The position numbers were made by a program, and so were the translations under genes. A stretch of DNA of 64,000 nt, from IMG/VR virus record IMGVR_UViG_3300027807_000003, positions 70,333 through 134,332 of that record. One strand, written 5' to 3'. Origin of the DNA: a virus. Its lineage: Duplodnaviria > Caudoviricetes. Position 1 is the first letter of the stretch; every line of letters starts with the position of its first letter. Below, piece by piece: positions 56,814-64,000 of this stretch. The notes beneath the pieces were generated by a model, which made no database searches, was not told the DNA's origin, and worked only from the letters and a program-made list of their open reading frames with translations.

Positions 56814-59519
56814 ATGACAATATCCCAGTACGCCTCTACTTTTACTCCACCACCGCCCACTGTCACTACCACATCTGGGGCAACAACAACTAGTGCAAGT
56901 GCAGGGACGTACTCACTATGGATTTATTGTCGTAATCGCTCTGGGGTAACTAACTTTTCCACTGCGGTTAATTTCACTATTACCAGTGGGCAGGGAATTC
57001 AGATTACTTTACCATCAGCAATTCGGGGAACTGCAAGTAGTTTCCTGTGGATTGGGGTAGCGATCGCCCTTGGATCTAGTGCCACACCTAATAGTGGGTG
57101 TGTGGTGGCCACTTTCCCCAACTACAACACTGATGGCTCCCTCGCCACACTCCCAGGAACGATCGCTCTCACCGATGATGTGAATTTTGTTTTGCGGGGG
57201 ACAGTTGCCGCAACTAGTAATTTACCTACCAGTCATTTGGTCAATGGGATGCTCAGGTTGGTGGAAGCTACTAATCAGATTGTGGCTTGGCTTGCCAGTA
57301 GTAGTTCTTGGGTGCCCGTCGCTCCTCAAACCTTCAACCCTTACACAGGCAATAGCTTAGTTGAGGGAGGATCTGATGTTGATATATCGCTTATCACTAA
57401 TATCAACAACATTATTTTCCCTAGTTACAACCTCTCCGGCAGTTATTCTACCCCTGTTACTTACTGGATTACCAACAACACTGGTGCAAGTATCCCCCAA
57501 GGAAAACAAGTTACTCTCAGTGCCACCATTAATGGCAACAACATCAAACCAGGGCTACTCCAAGTAACTTTTGTGGGGTACGTTAATACGACAACGGCCG
57601 CTCTAGATACTAGCGGGATGACTACCGGGGCAACCGTAACTTACCAAGGGGATGATGTTAGCAGTTTATTTCTGCAAAAAGATTTACCGGCGGGTTCGGC
57701 TTACATTCTGCAAGTACAAGCCGCTTTTGACAACGCTGATATTGGGAATATTGCTTACCAAGGTGCAGTAATTCTGATTTACCCCGACTTCGCTCTCAAC
57801 TACTCTGAATATGATCCGAGTTGGGATGATTTTGGCGATCGCATCTTTAATAGTGGGGGATTATTCCGCCTTCTCCCCAGTGGTACCGGACTCAACTTAA
57901 TGGCGGCGACGGGTAGTTGCTCTGTGCAATACTACAAATCCCGTAATGTCGGCGCTCAGGCAGTGTATGGGTTACAGGCAAATACCCCAAACCAAAATGT
58001 CATTATTACCAACAATGGGACGGTATTTGTTGCCCCCAGTGTTCCCACAGGGACGGGAGCATTACGGGGTGTGGTGGGAACTGTAAACGGACCCGGTACG
58101 CCTACGAGTTGGAGTAGTTCTACCATTGCTCTATCTAGCTCTACACTCCTTACCCTCACCCTCACCCACCCCACTACCGTAAGTAGTAGCTATCCTGATG
58201 AAATTCAGGGGAGTACCGCAACACTCAACGCCAACCAGGTACAAATTTACGTTAAGTCCAGTAGTGGCACTATCTACGTATTCGATACACCTATTATTGG
58301 CACCACTGGGGAAACCGTCACCGTCGGCTCTACCGCACCCTCCCAGACCCTCAATAGTTTACCAACCGTAGCCAATAATTTTGGACTGTTTGTCCCCGTC
58401 AGCTTCACCTCATCCACCACCGCTGGCAGCGCAGTATTTTCCTCTGGCAACTATGAAGTGGCGATCGCCTATCTCTACAACAACACCGTCACCACCATTA
58501 GCCACAGTACAAATTTAGGGTGTATTCCCGAAGTCGGGGGTTCTATTGAGCAAATTGTTGAATTGGCTGCAAGTCTACCAGCTTTTTACAACAGCACAAA
58601 CTATGCCTTAGTTAGCGGGCAACCACCAACAGGGTTAGGTAAAACAGGTGATTACTATTTTGATAGTGTTAATACCTCTCCCACCTTTGGTAACTTCTGG
58701 CAAAAAACCGGGGTGAATGTCTGGACACTCTTAGGTAGCTTCCTTGCTCAAGGAAGTTTTAGTATCACCACTGCCAGTTTTACCCAACCCGCTATTAATG
58801 CAACTGTTACCGTCTCCATCGCTAATGTGCAATGGATGGTTACAGGTGAGAATGTTTTCATTGAATCAGCAGGGTACTATCAAGTAAATAGTGTATCTAT
58901 TTCAGCAAATACAGCTACCTTACTCAATTTAGGGTCAAGTTCTAATGCATCTCCTGGGAGTGCGATCGCGTCTGGTGCTCAAATCGGATCTTCTGGAGCT
59001 ACCGGGGCTACCGGACCAACTGGATCTATATCGGCGGCGGTGGGAGCGATCGCGCTTACCGAAGCTTCTCCCAGTAGTATTACTGCTGTTGCTGGGGAAC
59101 TACAAATATTTGCCAATAGCAGTACTGGCAGATTGGAGATTATGGACCCCACTGGCACCACAGAACAAGTGGCCACTTTGGTGGAAGCCCAGCAGTGGAG
59201 TGGGTATCAGGGTAATGTAGTGCAAACTATCAATGCCAACACTACTACCACAACTATTAATGTGGCGCTGGGCAATCTATTTTTAATCAATTTATCAAGT
59301 AATACAACCATCACCGCCACTAATGTCACCACTGGCAGTTTCAGTATTAAAATTACTCAAGCTTCCCCCGGTGGCTTCGTTGTCACCTGGAATACAGCCA
59401 TATTTAAATTTGGTAGTGGTAATTCTGTGGTAGGTACAGCTAATGGGGCTAGTACTTTAATTAGTTGTGCGAGTTTTGATGGCACAACGCTCGAAGCAAT
59501 TTTGGCGGGAGGATTTTAG
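56814..59519 (+). CDS. Tail fibre / adhesin-like protein
   Basis: 901 aa, T/S/G-rich; GKTGDYY motif and short collagen-like GATGATGPTG. Confidence 0.7.
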   Translation: MTISQYASTFTPPPPTVTTTSGATTTSASAGTYSLWIYCRNRSGVTNFSTAVNFTITSGQGIQITLPSAIRGTASSFLWIGVAIALGSSATPNSGCVVATFPNYNTDGSLATLPGTIALTDDVNFVLRGTVAATSNLPTSHLVNGMLRLVEATNQIVAWLASSSSWVPVAPQTFNPYTGNSLVEGGSDVDISLITNINNIIFPSYNLSGSYSTPVTYWITNNTGASIPQGKQVTLSATINGNNIKPGLLQVTFVGYVNTTTAALDTSGMTTGATVTYQGDDVSSLFLQKDLPAGSAYILQVQAAFDNADIGNIAYQGAVILIYPDFALNYSEYDPSWDDFGDRIFNSGGLFRLLPSGTGLNLMAATGSCSVQYYKSRNVGAQAVYGLQANTPNQNVIITNNGTVFVAPSVPTGTGALRGVVGTVNGPGTPTSWSSSTIALSSSTLLTLTLTHPTTVSSSYPDEIQGSTATLNANQVQIYVKSSSGTIYVFDTPIIGTTGETVTVGSTAPSQTLNSLPTVANNFGLFVPVSFTSSTTAGSAVFSSGNYEVAIAYLYNNTVTTISHSTNLGCIPEVGGSIEQIVELAASLPAFYNSTNYALVSGQPPTGLGKTGDYYFDSVNTSPTFGNFWQKTGVNVWTLLGSFLAQGSFSITTASFTQPAINATVTVSIANVQWMVTGENVFIESAGYYQVNSVSISANTATLLNLGSSSNASPGSAIASGAQIGSSGATGATGPTGSISAAVGAIALTEASPSSITAVAGELQIFANSSTGRLEIMDPTGTTEQVATLVEAQQWSGYQGNVVQTINANTTTTTINVALGNLFLINLSSNTTITATNVTTGSFSIKITQASPGGFVVTWNTAIFKFGSGNSVVGTANGASTLISCASFDGTTLEAILAGGF

Positions 59520-60422
59520 ATGTTCGTCCCGTTTGTTTTTTTTGATGAGCAAAACCAAGATTTAGGACAGTTTGGCTATGGCTCTGGGAGTAGGGTCACT
59601 TATAACGCTAGTATCTCCGTACATAGTGGTTATGGCTCTGGCTCCAAGGTAATAACTAGAATCATTGCCCAAGGTGGGTATGGCTCTGGCTCTAATGTTA
59701 CTGCTACTGCTAAATCTACCCTTAAGTGTGGTGGTGTCTCTAGTAGCAAAATTATTGCCAAAGCCATTACTACTCTCCAACTTGGTTATGGATCTGGCTC
59801 TCAGGTTCGTACTCAGCCTGTAATTTTTGCTAAAGGAGGGTATGGATCTGCAAGCAAAGTTCTAGCTAGTGCATCTACTACTCTTAAATTTGGCTATGGC
59901 TCTGGTAGTAGAGCTTTCCCCTCTCTATCTACGGCTCAGGTACAAGGAGGGTATGGTTCCTCGTCTCAGGTGGTGGGGAGGGCGATCGCTATTACTAAAT
60001 CTGGCTATGGCTCCGGTAGCACCGTAAGTACCCTGTCATTGGGCAAGAATCTTACCGTAAATACCACCACACTTAGCTTTTTAGCTCAAACAGGGCAATA
60101 CTTCACCCTGACTTTAGGGACTATCGTCGATTTCCTTGAGGTTTCCGTATCACCTGCACCTACTGGTAGTCAGACTTGCCGAGTGCGGATTTATATCCCT
60201 GGCAGTTACCAGGCGGCAGATCTAACTAGAGCATTTACCACTTGGGTCGGATTTAACAATGGGATATTGGTTGATGCCGAATTTACCAACACATCCCCTC
60301 CACCTATCCCTATCCCCCCTATATCTGCGGGGTGGGCTACTAGTAAGCAATTCCCAGTTACCATTGACTGCCCTGGCTATGCGGGTGTAGTTACTATTAC
60401 TTATTCCGTGAGGGTACCTTAA
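59520..60422 (+). CDS. GYGSGS-repeat protein (putative fibre component)
   Basis: About nine 16-19-aa repeats centred on GYGS(G/A/S)S. Confidence 0.65.
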   Translation: MFVPFVFFDEQNQDLGQFGYGSGSRVTYNASISVHSGYGSGSKVITRIIAQGGYGSGSNVTATAKSTLKCGGVSSSKIIAKAITTLQLGYGSGSQVRTQPVIFAKGGYGSASKVLASASTTLKFGYGSGSRAFPSLSTAQVQGGYGSSSQVVGRAIAITKSGYGSGSTVSTLSLGKNLTVNTTTLSFLAQTGQYFTLTLGTIVDFLEVSVSPAPTGSQTCRVRIYIPGSYQAADLTRAFTTWVGFNNGILVDAEFTNTSPPPIPIPPISAGWATSKQFPVTIDCPGYAGVVTITYSVRVP

Positions 60423-61297
60423 TGGTCGCAACTTACACTACACAAACAATTACGAATTTATCACAGTCGGTAATATTAAATGGGTTGGTTTCTGCCTTGG
60501 AGGCAGCAGGACTTAGCCTGGTTCAGACTTATACTGCTTCTAACAATTATATGAATGCAGTACTAAAATACCAATTTAGTAGTGCAACTAAAGATACTGC
60601 CTATTTGTTCATACAAATAAATAGTACTGCAACTTACATTGCTTGGACGATGTACGATTCTTGGAGTACTACCAGTGAGTCAGGGACTAATCCTAGTCCG
60701 ACAATGTCTACGAGCTTTAGCTCGTTTCTCCAACCATTAACTTTTTTCATTATCAACGACACCGAATTTAGAGGAGTTTTTCTCCAACAATACGGATGGA
60801 ATAGCAACAATACCTGCATAGGTATTGCCCGCCCCTCTGTTCAACCCCCGTGGTGGTCCACTAATAATTACAGTAATACTTATTTATATTGTTTTGTTAC
60901 CGCAGGAACAGCTTATTACAGCCTTGCTAACGGCTTTGGCTATTGTAATTACAGTGGTAGCCCCACACCCCCTTGGGGTATAGCATCTGCCACTAACACA
61001 CTTTGCAGTCTACTGATCTACAACAGTTCCGGGGTCTGTCCTTATCAGTTTGTAAACTTCAATACTGGTATACCAGATACATTAGGAGGACTACCACTAG
61101 CACCTCCCAGCGGCGGCAGCGTACCTTTTGGCATAGTGGGAAGCTTTGCAGATTTCTTAGTAATCCCTGGTGATAACTTAGTGATGGGGTCTACCGTCAA
61201 TTACACAGTCGGCAGTACTACCTACGGCTTTTTAGTAATTTCCGTCCCCTCCGCCGACAACACAATTCCTTTTGGTATAGGAATTAGGGTGTCATAA
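60422..61297 (+). CDS. Putative tail fibre/receptor-binding protein, paralog A
   Basis: Shares DxEFxG, CIGxxRP and NSSGVCPYQ with the next gene. Confidence 0.6.
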   Translation: MVATYTTQTITNLSQSVILNGLVSALEAAGLSLVQTYTASNNYMNAVLKYQFSSATKDTAYLFIQINSTATYIAWTMYDSWSTTSESGTNPSPTMSTSFSSFLQPLTFFIINDTEFRGVFLQQYGWNSNNTCIGIARPSVQPPWWSTNNYSNTYLYCFVTAGTAYYSLANGFGYCNYSGSPTPPWGIASATNTLCSLLIYNSSGVCPYQFVNFNTGIPDTLGGLPLAPPSGGSVPFGIVGSFADFLVIPGDNLVMGSTVNYTVGSTTYGFLVISVPSADNTIPFGIGIRVS

Positions 61298-62142
61298 TGG
61301 CAGCAACTTTATCTATTTCAACTATCATTAGTGGGTGGAATAATGCTGCTTTAACTGCGGGAATTTGGAATGCGTTAACAGCTTTACTTGGACCCCCGCC
61401 ATATAGTTTTACTTCTGGCAATGTTGTTTCCAAGGTATACGAAGTTGTCTACACCTCCAGCTATTCCAAGGGGACCGCTTGGTTAGTAGTAGGGGTTAAT
61501 GCTGCAAATAATTACATTTACTGGCAATTATTTGATGGTTGGAATTCCAGTACTAATCAAGGAACTAACGGAAGTGCCCAACTTTCGATCACCACTTTGC
61601 CATCTACAAGTTCAGCTATAACTGTAGTTTCAATCAGTGATGCCGAGTTTTTAGGAATCATTCTTCAGCAATCAGGGTGGAGCATAAATGATAGTTGTAT
61701 CGGGCTATTTCGCCCTACTTATATTGTCTCAGATTGGAATCAGAATAATTATTTATTCGCTTTTGTTAGTTCCGCAAATGCGCCATTTAATTTCAATCAA
61801 TGGCTATTTCCTTCCAGTAATCCTTTTAATAATTTATCCAGTGTAGCTGGCTCCGTATATTGCGATTTTTTGATTCGTAACAGTTCTGGGGTATGTCCTT
61901 ATCAATATGGATGTTTTATGAATAGTAACGAACCTGATTTATTACCTAATTTAGTTTTGGGACAACCCGTGAGTATGGGTAATCCTTTCTCAGGTGTGGG
62001 TGTTTCTGCCAGCTTTGGTATCGCTGGAGGTACTTTTAATTTTCAAGACACAATCACGCTCACTAATGTTAGCCCCAATCAAATATACACAGGAGTTTAT
62101 GTAGGCACAACTAAACCGAATTTCTTTATCAGGACACAGTAA
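61297..62142 (+). CDS. Putative tail fibre/receptor-binding protein, paralog B
   Basis: Paralog of 60422..61297. Confidence 0.6.
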   Translation: MAATLSISTIISGWNNAALTAGIWNALTALLGPPPYSFTSGNVVSKVYEVVYTSSYSKGTAWLVVGVNAANNYIYWQLFDGWNSSTNQGTNGSAQLSITTLPSTSSAITVVSISDAEFLGIILQQSGWSINDSCIGLFRPTYIVSDWNQNNYLFAFVSSANAPFNFNQWLFPSSNPFNNLSSVAGSVYCDFLIRNSSGVCPYQYGCFMNSNEPDLLPNLVLGQPVSMGNPFSGVGVSASFGIAGGTFNFQDTITLTNVSPNQIYTGVYVGTTKPNFFIRTQ

Positions 62143-62420
62143 TGGCTAACTACACAGGTGTACTTTTCCCCGCTTCCCCTTCCCTGCAAACAGCAACAAT
62201 TACTGCCCCATCTGGCTCCAGTGGCACAACTATCACCAGTAACTCGAGCCTAGTAACTTTTGTATTTGCCGAAGGAACAATTACACTACCCGCTACCGGC
62301 TCCAACTCAACGGTAATTACCGCCAACCTTGACGCTAATGCTATACCCCCCGGCGTTACTACTGGTACCAGTTTCAATCCACCCAGCACAGGTGGTCTAG
62401 GCTTCCCCGCTTACGCATAA
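62142..62420 (+). CDS. Small S/T-rich tail-associated protein
   Basis: TAATG coupling; internal duplication TITAP..GS..T.IT.N. Confidence 0.55.
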   Translation: MANYTGVLFPASPSLQTATITAPSGSSGTTITSNSSLVTFVFAEGTITLPATGSNSTVITANLDANAIPPGVTTGTSFNPPSTGGLGFPAYA

Positions 62421-62432
62421 AAGAGGTAACAA

Positions 62433-63137
62433 ATGTCTGTATTTTTTGATTCGTTCATTACTTATAAAGCAAATCTTCAGTTTGGTGTTTACACCGTACT
62501 CCCCGTAACAAATGAACATTATGTACTCCTAACTACGGCATCCAGTGTAGATAGGTTAAATGACACGATGGCAACAATTATTACAAAGGAATTAGTGCCA
62601 TCAGCTAACCCTGGATATTCTCGGTTTAACGTAGGTAGCCAGCTATCGACTGGATTTGTCTACAACACCTCCACCCAAAATGCAACACTTGCTGTAACTG
62701 TAGGACTTACACCCACTAGTACAGCGATCGCCTTTCAAACCGCTGTACTAATTGGCAATGGTGATGCTACTTCCTCTCAAACCGTAGGGAGTGTGAATAC
62801 TGGTACCGGAGTAGTTACACTTAACGCTCACGGGTACAGTAACGGGCAAAACCTAGTATTTTTTGCCAATAGTGGGGGTAGTCTACCAGGGGGTATATCA
62901 GCCAATACCCTTTATGTAGTGGCGAATGTCACCACAAATACTTTTACTTTGACAACTACTAGCGGATCTGCGGTCAGTTTCACTAGCGCTGGTAGCAATT
63001 TCCAAGCAGGGAGTGCCAATGGTTATTTAATCAATTACAACGTCTTTTCCTCGATCCAGACGGTACAACCAAACGTTACCTTTGATATAACCTTTGACTT
63101 TGCTGATTACAATGGCGCTTATGGATCTGGAATTTAG
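62433..63137 (+). CDS. Virion protein with a HG(Y/L)xxG beta-barrel insert
   Basis: TLNAHGYSNGQNLVF...LPGGISANTLYVV...TNTFTL, a module common in phage tail proteins. Confidence 0.6.
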   Translation: MSVFFDSFITYKANLQFGVYTVLPVTNEHYVLLTTASSVDRLNDTMATIITKELVPSANPGYSRFNVGSQLSTGFVYNTSTQNATLAVTVGLTPTSTAIAFQTAVLIGNGDATSSQTVGSVNTGTGVVTLNAHGYSNGQNLVFFANSGGSLPGGISANTLYVVANVTTNTFTLTTTSGSAVSFTSAGSNFQAGSANGYLINYNVFSSIQTVQPNVTFDITFDFADYNGAYGSGI

Positions 63138-63144
63138 CGATCGC

Positions 63145-63345
63145 TCCTCGTTCTCAAATAAATTACGAAATGGTGAGTTTTACATTTCCTCGCTATATCA
63201 GTTGGTGATATACAAATGTTGCTGCGGGTGTGGGTATACATCACTTACACCTTTAAAGCAATGGCAACCAAAAAATTGCGATGGCAGTTATACCTTGACA
63301 CCCACAATTAGAACAAATAATGGAGTTTTATATGGGCATCAATAG
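63145..63345 (+). pseudogene. DUF6527-like remnant
   Basis: GEFYISSLYQLVIYKCCCGCGYTSLTPL..W...DGSYTLTPTI; no independent start covering this stretch and lacks the expected C-terminal C-x-x-H segment. Confidence 0.5.
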
Positions 63346-63399
63346 CGATCGCCTCTCAATTGAGTCTCAACTAACCATCAATACTAAGGAGCTAGACGA

Positions 63400-63846
63400 T
63401 TGAAATTTACTGATGTTTTTGGATTGAATTTAATCTTAGGAAATTGTATTGCTAAACTTAAACAGCAAGGATTTGAAGCAAGGACGGGGCATCATTCTTG
63501 TTATTGTGCTAATGTTTACGATGACTTTTTTGATGCAGATTACGAAAATGCAAAATGGGTAATTACAAAAAATGATTACCCTAAAATTAGAGAAGTTATA
63601 ATATGTGACGATCGCACCGCATCAATTGTTTGGGATGATGAATATAGCCAGATGGCGGTACATAATATGACAGGTGTTACCGTGACGGGAGGAGTATTTG
63701 AAAAAGTATTTCCATCTCAAAGAATAATAGTTGCTTTTGGTAGATCTGATTTTGACGCATGGGAGCAATTTGCGTTTAAGACTGAAGCTGCTTCCTTACC
63801 TGTGCTGCAATCTCCGGAGACAACTGATCGCACGTATTCTGAATAA
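63400..63846 (+). CDS. Hypothetical protein
   Basis: 148-aa ORF with an AAGGAG RBS before the TTG start. Confidence 0.6.
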   Translation: MKFTDVFGLNLILGNCIAKLKQQGFEARTGHHSCYCANVYDDFFDADYENAKWVITKNDYPKIREVIICDDRTASIVWDDEYSQMAVHNMTGVTVTGGVFEKVFPSQRIIVAFGRSDFDAWEQFAFKTEAASLPVLQSPETTDRTYSE

Positions 63847-64000
63847 TTTCTTGCTTCTCCTCATCTGGGACAGAACCCGCCGCCCTCTGGAATCCTTTCT
63901 CGGCAATAGTCGTAGGATCTGGGGGGTTTAATAATTTCTCTGCCCCAATTCTCTCTAAGGTGCGATCGCTAGCAGTAAAAAATCCACACCGACAACCATA

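Larger units (their letters stand above)
1..64000. mobile_element. Cyanophage / prophage (probably temperate, long-tailed) genome segment
   Basis: Phage replication genes, capsid, tape measure and tail genes, nblA, and many HIP1 (GCGATCGC) sites. No host housekeeping context is seen and no att sites were identified. Confidence 0.93.

Noticed and set aside
55142-63137. Diversity-generating retroelement acting on tail genes
   Set aside because: No reverse transcriptase and no adenine-variable TR/VR repeat pair noticed in the window.
1-64000. tRNA/rRNA genes, integrase, terminase, portal, lysin
   Set aside because: None recognised by eye; they probably lie outside the window. tRNAscan and HMM searches would be needed to exclude them.

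Overview
The whole window looks like part of a temperate cyanophage, prophage or phage-plasmid. HIP1 octamers (GCGATCGC) are dense throughout and the phage carries nblA. The left half (1-28.5 kb) holds early, replication and nucleotide-metabolism genes: tmk, RusA, PNK/phosphatase, HTH regulators, a Dam-like MTase, DnaB, a replication initiator, class II RNR and NblA. The right half (28.6-64 kb) is a + strand virion operon: DUF2213 head-maturation protein, DUF2184-like capsid, head completion proteins, a 2833-aa tape measure, and tail-tip and fibre genes. No terminase, portal, integrase or lysin was recognised, so these probably lie outside the window. Three things stand out. (1) A stand-alone type V-like CRISPR locus: a 626-aa TnpB/Cas12-family protein whose RuvC-I Asp is replaced by His, a divergent promoter, a putative tracrRNA, and a 36-nt-repeat array with no cas1/2. 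The array trails into about 600 bp of minimal GATCGCAAG units that are exactly complementary to a 9-nt anti-repeat in the putative tracrRNA. (2) Head-region polyproteins built from [RK]xD[SA] motif, Cys knot, hydrophobic helix and alpha/beta-hydrolase modules, plausibly cut by the prohead protease into packaged enzymes. (3) A 1.8-kb non-coding region packed with palindromes and a 21-bp operator-like motif, with seven copies in and just beyond it. All family assignments come from motif recognition by eye; no database searches were run.
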